From positions 29,140,001 through 29,204,000 of the forward strand of contig JBITNC010000001.1 in the NCBI GenBank assembly GCA_050084985.1: DNA of 64,000 nucleotides, read 5' to 3'. Positions 52,421 through 64,000 of the stretch are shown here, piece after piece. The stretch comes from Nageia nagi. Lineage: Eukaryota; Plantae; Pinophyta. Numbering within the stretch: position 1 is the stretch's first letter; each line of letters starts with the position of its first letter. A program made the translations under genes and the position numbers. Below the pieces are notes generated by a model that did not search any database, had not been told where the DNA came from, and saw only the letters and a list, made by a program, of their open reading frames with translations.

Positions 52421-53800
52421 TCTTCCTTGAAGCTTCTTTCTATTTTTTGATGGCCCATTTCTTTCATGCACTTTTGTGCTTAGTAAAGGTTATCCTTGAA
52501 GAGGGTGAGAACCTCTTGTTGATTTGTAGTTACACACTTCATTGACCATTGTTGAACCCAAAATATAGTTATCAATGTAAGTATCAATATATGAGGTTTT
52601 TGAATAAAGTGTCTCATAGGGGTCATCTTAGTAGAAAAATGGTATGCTCTGCTGTAACACGATTCTCACAAGGGAAGCCATTTGATCCTTTGTGCTTATA
52701 TATTGCATGTAAAACATTTTTTATTTTAAGTATGTTGTGCGACATTTGATGACTATTGTCATTTGGCTATTTGATTGGTGCCAATGAGATGGAAAAGTTC
52801 CTTCCAAATATATCCTATGAATACATACCATGGAGGCAAAAGACTTTGGCTAGGAATATCTTGGCCACTTTGCTTACTACAAAATGATGCTGAAATGCAA
52901 GAACATGAGGGTGTGTAGATAGCCCATCCACTGCAAGTATTATTGTCTTGGCTTCTAATATGGGCAGTCCTTCAATAAAATCCGATGAATTACCAGACCA
53001 TTGCTTATCTAGAATGAGTAAGGGTTGCAACAATCCAAGCATTTTTATTGTTTCTCCTTTGTTTGTTTGGTATGTATATCTCACATTCTTCCACAAATTT
53101 CTTTACATTGAGTCAAAGTCCATGCCATAAAAGTGACTACCTCACCCTATGATAAGTTTTGAATAATCCTGAATGTCCTGCTGAAGGAGATTTGTGTAAC
53201 TTGCGAAGAACCAATTCTTTACATTTGGATATTTTCTAGACTTCAATGTTCTGTCCATCCATGTTGGTGCTGCAATCATAGCATATAGAGATCCATGTTG
53301 TTCATGCATTCTAAGTGGTGCATTTATCATAAGATATTATTTTCCCTTTTTGTAGTGGATTTTAAAAGTCATCACCAAGAATTTTTGTGACCCATTTATG
53401 TTGCTCCATATAAGAGAGATGGTCCAAGAATTATTTCAAGCATTTCCCCACCAAGTAAGGTCTCCAATTTTCAACCACATGTAGAAGGGCAATCATTTCC
53501 TTTTCACATAATGATTTTCCCAAGGTTTTTCCTAATAATTGTTTACTTTCAATTGCCAAGGGTAGCCATCTTGCATCGATACAACACCGCTTCCATTTCT
53601 TGATGCATCACACTCTATAATAAGGATTTTGTTGAAGTTTGGCATGGCTAGAACTTGTTTGCAACATAGCTTGATTGAGTTTGTTAAATGATCTTATGAT
53701 TGTTTCTCATGTGAAGGCATCTTTCTTGGTTAGTGTTGTTGAATGACCTTGTATTTATTCATTACAACCTTTTCCTCCATCATAAAAATTATGCAAGATT
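52420..53800 (-). mobile_element. Gypsy pol remnants (integrase)
   Basis: GLLQPLLILDKQWSGNSSDFIEGLP...ILAVDGLS in ORF 52815-53096. Confidence 0.7.
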
Positions 53801-54859
53801 AACTAACAAAGACATTGAATTAGATGAGATTGATTCATCCACAATCTAAATGGACCACAAAGCCAAAGGAATAGCAAGAGAAGTGTCCCTTTTTAATGGA
53901 TTAGTTTGAAGGTATGGCAAAGAAGTTAGTGGCAAAAGTACAGGAAGAGGCACAAACATAGGCACCAACAAAGAGAGCCACACCTTCAGCTAGGGCAAAG
54001 GGCAATGGCATTCCAAGACATGATTAGATAGTGGGCCTATTGAGGCATTTTGACACATTTTGTAACTTTTCATATCATAAGCAATACAAAACTATTTGAA
54101 TTTTGGAGACAAAAAAACTAATAATTTAAGTACTTTGCCACTTTCACATGTAGTTAAAGGTTGTATGAAATTCTGAATCACTTGCAATATCAATTTTGGA
54201 TTTATATAATGCTAATTAATTGTGAAATGCATTAAAAAAGGTTTTTGCTAATATAAAATAGCATTTTCTTTGAGTTTTTCTTTTTGGCTGAGTTCAATTA
54301 CCAATTAAGCCTTGTCAAGTCCTCAATGAGTGTGAATTTCTATACTATGCCTCAACATGAACCAATCATAAGCCTACCCAACAATGTCAAAGCAATACAA
54401 CCATAAAAAGAAGTACCTCACAAAGTTTTAATCAACAAAACATATACAATGATAATGTTACGACTTATTAATTACAACACAATATGAATAGCCATTATCC
54501 AATGGCAATCAATGGCACAACCGCAAGGAAAGATGTAGGTGTGTTTACAATATTTGCCTCTTGTTCAACCAATGCCGACCCTTTTATATGATTTCCAAGG
54601 TCAACGACCCACATCACCTAACAATAGTTGTTAGACATTTATAACTTAAGACAAGTGCTCACCTACAAAGTTTATTTGGCAATTGCTTGTATCTTGTCAT
54701 AATTATCCAACTACCTCTAAGTTGCGAAAATGTTCTATGTGCATTGAATGAATGGCACACATTCACTATAAATACAAAATAGTTATGTATAATGCAACCA
54801 TTCATTCTTCTATGTGACTAACTCACTCCATACTGTCCACCGAACCTACTTTGGTTTAA

Positions 54860-55860
54860 ATTGGTGGTATCAAAGCCAAGCTCTTGTGTACATGTCCTAA
54901 CAAACGAAATTGGAGTATAAGATGTTTGGAGGCTCCACACAAAATCCATCTGATTACCTGCCTACACACCACACAAACTCCAACTGATCTAACAAGTAAA
55001 TCACAAAGTTAGTTAAGAATGTGCTGAAAGAGCATAGAAGGGAGATGACGTATCAATTCAAACAAATTGTTTCTCAGGTTGCCAACCAACCTTGTCCCTA
55101 GTGAAATATCTTGTTGTAGTCCATCTTGGGCCCTCAATCCATTCAAGCTTCAAATCAACATGGATATTCCTATGTTTGAAGGTACTATTGTTGCAAGTGT
55201 CTTGAATCATTGGATCCAAAATCTTGAATCCTATCTCTCCTTCTTAGATTACAAGAAATTTGGTATCGATGTACTAGTGTTTTCACTAAAGGTTTTGACT
55301 TGAATATGTAAGGACAAGGGAGAAACTCTTACAACATGAAATGATTTTGTCAATTTCCTTCACGCAGAGCTCTATCCTGCAAAGCATTTTGAGGACCAAA
55401 ACATCCGGTGGTACAAGTATAACAGAAGCAAGGTCAATCTATGTATGAATATAATGAGTTCCATACCATAGTTATCAAGCTCAATATTTACAGCAAAGAG
55501 AAGTTGAAGATCTTAAAGTTTTGCAGAGACAATTGGGAAGAGGTCAAAAAACAATTAAGAGTTTTTAACCATACCCACTCTTGGAGATGCATCCAATTTT
55601 CTACAAAGATTGAAGAAAGATTTACCAGCTAAGAATCTGAATAAACTCAAAAAGCAGGTGCAGGAACTATTTGATGAAGATGTAATCACGCTTAAGTGCA
55701 TCAACTATTCATCCATTAGGTTTTCCACAAGAAGGACTGTACATGACAAATGTGCATGGACTGTGCCCATGAAGGACAGGACACGACTGTACATGACAAA
55801 TGTGCATGGAATACCAAGCCTTGAATAAAATTACTGTCAGGACCAAGTACTTTACCAAGC
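54860..55860 (+). mobile_element. Gypsy gag/RT remnant with PBS
   Basis: TGGTATCAAAGCC at about 54865; FKLQINMDIPMFEG; LKKQVQEL followed by an ALNKITV-like segment. Confidence 0.6.
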
Positions 55861-56639
55861 TAGATCTCATGTCAGTAGCCCTCGAATTTGACGGCTATTT
55901 GAACATTTTTTTTTTGTTTTTTAAACATTTTGTATGGTTATTGTTGATTAGGATTGTGTAATATATGCGCCATGAACAATCTTAACCAAAGTAAATCAAG
56001 AATAGACTATGGTGACAGTCTGATCTCTGGAGAAGGCCGGTTCCTTATACATTGGGTGTAGGAGAAGTAACAGGAAAGAAAATAAAAGGAGTAGAGTGCG
56101 AGGAATTTAAGCAAAAAGGCTTAGGGTAACAAGAGAGAAAGCAAAGGTGAATCACTAGTTCAGTGCGGGCTTTCACAAGGTGTGAAACCTTGGTCTGAAT
56201 CTAGTGTAACAGCTACAGTACAAGCTCTCACTCTCTAATAGTTTCCCAGTTTTACTCTACCATGTATGCAGACACAGTTATACTAACAGCTCGCAATTAT
56301 CATTCAGGAAACACGCCAAGCTACCACAATGTAACCTAATTAAGAATAACAATTACGAGTGCTAGACAAGAAAGGTCAAGATGGTATCATATTACTGATA
56401 AAAAACTACAGGCCTTCGAGAACAAATGTAAAGAGCAATACTAGGGTTTCCGACCCTTTTGTCTTTGTTTATTCCTTACTTATACTGAAATAACAACAGT
56501 TACAAGAATTGTAGAACAGAATCGTTTACAAAAACTGCTTCAAGATTCTAGCCTTCTTTTAACTGATACTACCTATATACGCCACTTGGCAGAATATTGC
56601 AAAAATTGGGCAGATTGTAGATGATACGGCTTCTTGATA

Positions 56640-57115
56640 ATTATGATCTCACCTCTCGCTGACCTCGTCTCTTCCGGGATATTCTACTTACTGGCTCCGG
56701 CTATTCAATCACTCCTTGCTGACCTCATCGCTTCTGGGATCCGGTTTCATTTAAGAATGTGATCATTGTTTTCCCCATGATGTCATCTTCATATTTCCGG
56801 AACACTTCACTTTACTGGCTCCAGCTATTAGATAACCCTTTTGCTGACCTCATCGCTTCCGGGATCCGGTTTCATTCAAGAATGTGAACATTGTTTTCCC
56901 CATGACGTCATCTTCATACTTCCGGAACGCTTCACTTTACTGGCTCCGGCTAATCGATAACCCTTTTGCTGACCCCATCTCTTCATTCTGGAATATTCTA
57001 CTTACTGGCTCCGGGTATTCAATCACTCCTTGCTGACCTCATCTCTTCCGGGATCCGGTTTTGGGTTAAGGTCTGAAATCACTGACGTCATCTCTTCCGG
57101 GCTCCGGGTTACTCA
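56640..57115. repeat. CpG-rich complex tandem repeat (about 127-bp higher-order unit built from GACCTCATC(G/T)CTTCCGGGA and TTACTGGCTCCGG modules)
   Basis: Modules recur 4-6 times; 56715-56840 is nearly duplicated at 56840-56970. Confidence 0.85.
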
Positions 57116-59373
57116 ACATTAACTTCGCGGGGCCTTTCTTCTTTCATCATAATGTAATTACTTTCGGAAACGGTTCTTAAAACCCATTATGATTATGCTT
57201 AGCCTACGTCACCTCCAGAAGTGATCATTCTTTCAGAAGAACCTTGGAGTAACGATTATGTATTGATATACAGTTATATTATTAATTTTCTGGAATGTAA
57301 AACATCACATTGATGCCTTTTAAAAATTTCATCTATTCACATCGATCCACCATGATATGAGATATCCACATAAATTTCTAATCCTCACCTATTCACATTG
57401 GATCAGATGATCACGATTTGCCTAATCGAATTCACATTAATTGCATTTGAGGCTGAAAGCTGGCTCATCAATGTTGGCAGTTGCTACTTGACTAAGTTCA
57501 GGAATCCAAGAAATGCAATTTGCAAATTTTATTCCTCGTGTTTGTGCATAATGTGTTCTGTTTGGTGCTTAGTGTGTATATGTGTTCCGACATTGTTATG
57601 CAGTCCATTCATCTCAAGCAAGAAGACCTTTCCTGAACCTTGCTTGTGTGTTTAAGTGTTTTTTCAGTTGCAGCTGATTCTTTGTGGATTTTGCACTTCT
57701 CTCTTTGGAATATATGCTTTGGTAGGAGTTTTTGCAGGTCTTTACAGATTTCATTTAAATAGCCTAAGGTGAAGTGAAGAGGTTATTTAGGTGAGCATTG
57801 TGTTGGCTGGGTTGGGATCAAAAGCAAAAGGCCATTTATACAGCCTAAGAAAAGGATTCGAACAACCGAAATTCAACTGTTTGTTTATTCTTACTTGATT
57901 TTTTGTTTTGGTTAGGAGCGCTTCCTGCAATATGCATTTTCTATTGCTATATTTCATTTCATGAGGGAATGTTCGGCATGGCTACTTAGTGAATGTTTTT
58001 TATATTTTCTCCATTAAACTAAATTTATGGGATATGGGGGAAGGGGATATAGCTTGCTCATTGGTTTCTGGAATGATTATTTTGAAGATTTCATGTCTGA
58101 CTTTTCATGGCACCTCAGCAATTGTACATTGGCTGTGTTTAAAATTTTGCAATGAGAATAGGAATACCAATCATTTGGTTGTATGGTAAAAATACTTTTA
58201 TGTTTAATTAGGATAGTGTATGGATGGGACATTGTAATAGTTTGCTCTATTTTTTATTGATTAGATATTTTGTATAGGCAATGCTTACAAGGATGAAGAA
58301 AAAGAAGTGATTTATCTAACAACCCGGGTCATCTAATTTTTATGCTATCTAAATGGGAGTTGTTTATAACATGCAATCTCATATGAAAATGTCTCTCTGA
58401 TCCATTTGGGTTTTGAAACTTTGAAGTATAAATTGAATAATAATAATTTCTTGAAGTCTCTCATCCAGTTATTTTTTATTTAAGTTATTTTGCAAGTATT
58501 ATCTTAATCGAATGTCATCATTACGTATTGAATAATAATAATTTATTGAAAGGCTATTAAGTTACACAAAACTTAAATTGTCAGGCATCTAATAAGGAAA
58601 AACGTAAATTGACAGGTGGAGGTTTTTGAAATTCCAAGCCTGCATGTCAGTATACCACTGAGTGAAGGTCAAAGAGAAGGGTATTTGAAAAACAACACTT
58701 GAAACAGAGCAAGGCTTGTATAAGTGGTAACTGATTCCAATGTCCCGCTACTATAAGGAGACCAGTGAAGTGCCTTTTAAGGCACTTCTTAGATGACTGC
58801 ATGCCTATGTACTTGGCAGATATCCTACTGATCATTAACTTGAGATCAGTTCCTGAAGCAGTAAACTACAACCAATTCAGTCTATACTTGCCAAGACCAC
58901 TTTGGTCAACCTTGGGCTTCGGCATGTACTTGGCAACGAGGAATTCAAGAATTATCCTGCCATACTAGAGCCCATTCAGAACTGCAGTTGCTATTAAGAT
59001 TCCTTTAAAGTTGTTTTTCTAAATGTTGCAGTAGAGAACCATTTCTAGTACATGGCTATTGCAGGAATGCAGTTCCATGAATGTTTCCGACTTCCATTCC
59101 AAGAGATTGGAATGTTTAATCAATCTCCATGAAAGAAAAAAACTAGCTACTACCATAATTCATCACACATTTTCACAACAGGGTTTTTCTCAGAAATATA
59201 ATTTAAATAAATCTGAGTTCCAGACACGGAGAAAAAGATAAACCCAATACACCTTTCTAAGCGAAATTGGGGAAATTTGAAAGAGGAATCTGTGTTGAAT
59301 CTGGCCATTTGAAATTCACTGGACAATTAATACAGATAAGATGAAGCCTGTCCCAAGAAAAAGAAGGGCACAC

Positions 59374-59484
59374 CTGAATAATGTCCTCAAGACGGTCATT
59401 GCATCGGTGGGCACGAGGCTGTCGATACTCTTCCTGTGGGTTTCCCCAGGGACTGTGTCGCCGTGGAACAGGCCTCTCCCCCAT
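59374..59484 (-). CDS. Host gene coding exon 1
   Basis: ATG at 59484; encodes MGERPVPRRHSPWGNPQEEYRQPRAHRCNDRLEDIIQ; donor CAG|GTGTGC; locally CpG-rich. The spliced product resembles, from memory only, a conserved uncharacterised family of about 90 aa (PVPRRESPWG...HRCNDR.ED..QACFEGNPFKT.PGP). Confidence 0.88.
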
Positions 59485-61299
59485 TTCAACCAAAATCTGC
59501 TCGCTACAACGGAGATCGAGTGTTTATACAATATGGATTTGGAAATTGCAGAATATATAATAATATGGTCGGTGTGTATGAGGAAGTCATTTAATTATTG
59601 TATTTATTAATGTATTTAATAATAAAAAATATCATAAGAAAAAAATTTAATTAATGAGGATTGCTTGAAAATCTTCTTAAAAAACGTAGTGATGATAAGT
59701 TTTATAATAGAATTTATGTTTGATTTCATTGTTCATTGTTTTAATGTTTGATATTATAATATTAGATTGGTGGATTTGAAACTTAATAAAATACCTAAAG
59801 CTTCAACTACTGTTTTCATATATTTATTTGGATTTAAATAAATCTTGAGATATTAAAAAGTTTTGATTGAAATATGTACATTAAAATGTTTATATTATTA
59901 TATTATAAATCTTGACATATTTTGATTTTGTTTGGAAAGAGTTGAAGTCCAAAAGGATAATCCTCTTGACCATCTAAGCACTCACAATAGAGGAATTGTC
60001 ATTTACCCATACTCAAACCTATTTATAAAGATAAGCAAGAAGAAGTTGTTGCATGCAACAACATGATTAAACATCATGAAGAAGAATATGGGATATTATT
60101 GCAAATTTAAGAATGAAAAACTCCTATTTTAAATAAGAGAAAAATTAGAAATGAAGAAAGGTTTAAAATTATAATATATAGACTTTCAAGCAATGGATAT
60201 AAGCGAATAGCCAAAGGATTGAATAGAGAAACAATAACTAAAGACTTGGTGTGTTTTCTCCATTGCTTTCCTTATAAGTTTTATGTTGAAAATGATTATT
60301 ATTGAATTATTTTGTAAAGAATTCTATACAAAACTCAATATTTTACCATAAGAAATATGTCTTGTAGTTTAAAAATGATTTAAGAGACTTAGACAATTAT
60401 ATATCTTCTCATATATGATGTCAAACTTCATTATCATATAAAGTTCGCATAAATTCTTTAGCCATTTAAAATCATACTTACTTCTATATTATGAATAGAG
60501 GAGTTTAGAACAAGCATAATCATCCATAAGCCATTCTCTAGAGAGAAATAATGGATAAGAAGTTTCAAAGCATATCATGGATGTCTATAAATATAAGTGA
60601 TGATTATAATTTACAAATTATATATATATATATATAAGTGATAATTTATTTGTAAAATACTCAATAAATACTTAAAAGTAGTTTTATATCATTTTAATAT
60701 GTTGAACAATCCTTCAAGGAGCATGAACAATTACCAAGCAAAATATTTATACAAATATAATTCATTTTTATTTAAAAGTTGAAGTAACTTATTAAGAAAT
60801 AGAAACCTTTAGTTAAAACTCTCAATTTGAAACCTCTCATAGATGATAGTATGTGATCTCTCAAAACAAAATTGAAGCTTACTGAACTAAATTGATAATT
60901 ATATTTTGTTGATGATAAACTCTTTTTTAATATGTAATTACATATATTATATCTATATAAATCACAACCAAACTAATATAGTAGGATGTTGTATTTATTT
61001 TGATTAAAAGATGATAAAATTTCATCCTTAAGTTTTAAATACTAAAGGAAAACTTATCATAAGTAAAATAATTATATCATGTATGTTTGAATGAAATGAA
61101 AGTTACCTTCAAACTATATGGAAGTAAGGTAGCTTTGGAAGTATAAGGAAGCATGTTCTTTATTTAAGAAATTACATGACTTATATTGTAATCATATCTA
61201 GTAACTAAATAGCTCATAAATACTTATTTGAAATAAAGAATATTCAAATATGGACTACTTCCATAGGATAATGCATTGTTCTTTAAGTGTAGAAAGAAA

Positions 61300-61441
61300 A
61301 GATAATGATAATATAGCATGGAGTTGAAAGGAAAATGTTTGAAAAATGAACATAGTTCATATACATTAAGAGATAATGATAATATAGCATGGAGTTGAAA
61401 GGAAAATGTTTGAAAAATGAACATAGTTCATATACATTAAT
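61300..61441. repeat. 71-bp tandem duplication
   Basis: AGATAATGATAATATAGCATGGAG...ATACATTAA occurs twice, essentially identical. Confidence 0.92.
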
Positions 61442-61870
61442 AGATAATGTATAAAGGTGCCAAAAATGATTTGATAATTAAACATGAATATGTACTTATG
61501 ATAGTATGTATATTAATATAAAAAAGCAAATTATTATTATTAAGATTTAGACACAGTCGAAATGTACTATCAAGATGGTAAAATTAACTATGAATTTTTA
61601 TGCAGGTGCATTCTTTTGCTTAAAATATATTAGTTTATGGTTATTGCATTAGAGAAAGTTTTGAAAAAAAAAATCTATTTATTCTTGAATATCTTAATAT
61701 TTAGAATATGCATATTAAGTATGTTGAAATAAGGATATTTATCTTATGAATTATAGGTCACTCTGTCAATTAGTTACAATGTTAGTAATTGAAAAGAAAA
61801 TCTTAAGAATAAGGTAAGACTAAGAAAATACTATTAATTGAAAATAAATAATGATGGAGGTTTATTACTT

Positions 61871-63008
61871 TGTGATGTCCCCCTTGAAAATGTAACAGGA
61901 TCCATTGGGTCATCTTGTAATATATTAGAATAGTGTACTTTCATGTACTTCATTGTAACTTAGGATAGGAGTTTTATAAGTCCTATGGACCCCATTGTGA
62001 TCCCCAAGTGGGACATCTCCCTCCTGAGTAGTTGAATAGGGTCATATTGCATTGGAGATCCCAAATTGTGGGAATCCATAGGGGTATTGATGCATTTAAG
62101 GATTAGATGGGCACCAACATGCTTGTGCAATGTCTAGGAGGGACCCACACCCCCACTTTGATACTTGAGCACTCCAAGACCCCCACGTCAGCCTAAGAGA
62201 CCATCATGACCCCCACATCAACTTAATGGACCATCATGACCCCCACATTAGCTTAATGGACCATCATGACCCCCATGTTGGCAGAGTTGACCTCTTTGAC
62301 CCCAACATTGGAATAAAAGGGGTTTGGGATGATACTGAGGTAAGTATCGGACATAAGAAAAATATAAATAGACATGAGGGCCACATTGGAGGATAACTAT
62401 TTATTATTACTTCTTCTCTCATACATTGTCCAATGGACAAATACCTTAGTGGAGTGCTAAGTTAATTCCTTAGGTTGAGCACCTAAGAGGGTTGCCAAGT
62501 AGGGGAACTTAGTAGTCTATAATAATTGGTGGATCACCATTTCCCATCCATTAGATTCAAGGTAGAGTCTCTACCATGAGAGTGGTTATCCAGATCTGAG
62601 GAGGGCCCCTTCAACAGGGAGGAGTCAGGTTGTGAGGGGGCATTGCTATCCATAGGTTCATCTGATAGCATCAAGAGAGTCACTTAGCATTATTCAACTC
62701 CCAAGAGGCTAATGTCAAGCCCTTTGGGCATATATTGTATTATTTCTCATTGTTGATCATAATACAAGCTGTGGACTCATTAGAACTCAACGATTGTGTT
62801 TGTATTGTCTATATTATGCATGTGTTGAGCTTAATTATGTAATAGTTTATATTTGTGGCCCATCATTGGTAATATGGAGTGATTGCATACTTATGGAAGC
62901 CCAACATTGGCATTCTAGGATTTGTGTTGTTTAGTGTGAATGCCCTAGGCTGATTGATTGTAATCGAATTTGCTAATTTTTGTTGGAGATCCTATTTGGA
63001 TCATCACA
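61871..63008. mobile_element. Solo LTR
   Basis: TGTGATG...CATCACA inverted termini; TSD TACTT at 61866-61870 and 63009-63013; internal 30-bp tandem repeats (GACCATCATGACCCCCAC) at about 62177-62305. Confidence 0.88.
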
Positions 63009-63767
63009 TACTTATTTGATAAATAATGATTAATGATATAATATAATATTAAATCAATTTTGGTTGAAATAGGATAAATTTAATGATATTATAATTATAA
63101 ATTTTTAAGTTTGTTGGAATATGATGTTGATAGTGTGGTAGTTTTGGATCAACATGATGCATTGATAACTCTTTTTGTAACAATATTGTAGAAGAATATG
63201 TAATTATATGAATATTTTAGTTAGTAATAGTATTGGATTATTATTTTTCATGCAACAACTTTAGAATCTTTTTATATAATTGTAGGAATGCATAAAATCA
63301 ATATAGTTACACTTTTAAATTTGAATGGAATAGAGAAAATAATTCATCAAGTTGCGATGTATGTTTCTTTATGTGTAGTCCATTTTTTTTATCAAAAAAT
63401 CCATGATCTTTAATAGGCCATATCTTTCTTAATAAAATTTATTTTATTATGTGTGATTAATAGTTTGAAAGCTTATTTTTATATAATTCTAACAATATAT
63501 AATTCGTTATACTTTATCTTAAAATCACAACCATATCATCCCTTTTTCGTTAGACACTTTAGTTATGAAATCCCATAATTATCAATGAAGTGCTCATTCT
63601 TTTACCATGATTAACTAAAGTTTTAAATCTCCTTTTTCAACTATACATATACATTGGAAAGATATTTTTAAGAACTTTTCAATGATATGTAACATTCCAT
63701 ACTTTGTATGAGAATTGCCATCATAATATCCCTTTGTCGATACATACTTCGATTATAAAATTATTAG

Positions 63768-64000
63768 CACTATATAAAAGACCTTTAAGGGTTGTTATTA
63801 ATCTGACATCTATGAGGATATCATAAAAAAGTTAATAATATATGAGGGTAGTTAAAAAACATCCAAAAATTTATCATAGTTTATTACTATGAGGGTGGTT
63901 TAAAATCGCTCTCTTAAGGTTTAATTCACCCTCTTATAGGGGTAGTTTTAAACTACCCTAATAGAGCCTATGAGGATGGTTTTAAATTATCTACTTATTA
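63768..64000. mobile_element. Probable CACTA (En/Spm) terminus with subterminal repeats
   Basis: CACTA at 63768 followed by repeated palindromic GAGGG(T/C)GGTTTTAAA..(A/G)CCCT-type motifs running to the window edge. Confidence 0.5.

Noticed and set aside
56013-57211. Solo LTR with TGAC...GTCA ends
   Set aside because: Flanks (TATGG vs CCTCC) do not form a TSD.
59257-59373. C-terminal half of ORF 59257-59493
   Set aside because: Lies beyond the CAG|GT donor; it is intron read-through.
62011-62031. miR390 target-like site (TCCCTCCTGAG) suggesting TAS3
   Set aside because: Multiple mismatches at both ends, lies in a solo LTR, and no tasiARF sequence is nearby.

Overview
AT-rich, CpG-depleted plant nuclear DNA. 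The transposon density and 11-kb intron are gymnosperm-like, but the taxon is inferred, not shown. About 85-90% of the window is nested retroelement sequence. One host gene is recognisable: a small minus-strand protein of unknown function with three coding exons (59484-59374, 48016-47937, 47170-47041) and an 11.4-kb TE-filled first intron. TEs with defined ends: a Tat/Ogre-type LTR element at 1384-10530 (TSD CATAT), an old Copia at 17250-22351 (TSD TACAT), a young near-intact Copia at 27897-33344 (TSD ATAAA) and a solo LTR at 61871-63008 (TSD TACTT). Also present: L1 remnants, a mini LTR element nested in an L1, three RTEX/L2-like LINE copies forming a 1.8-kb inverted repeat, an 84-bp near-perfect palindrome and a probable CACTA end. 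The most interesting signal is an architecture seen twice in divergent elements: ORF1-gag, no pol at all, then a convergent antisense gene with spliceosomal introns encoding plant mobile domain (PMD) + acidic tract + coiled coil. A third PMD + acidic copy lies at about 13.0-14.3 kb. All calls were made by eye; no database searches were run.
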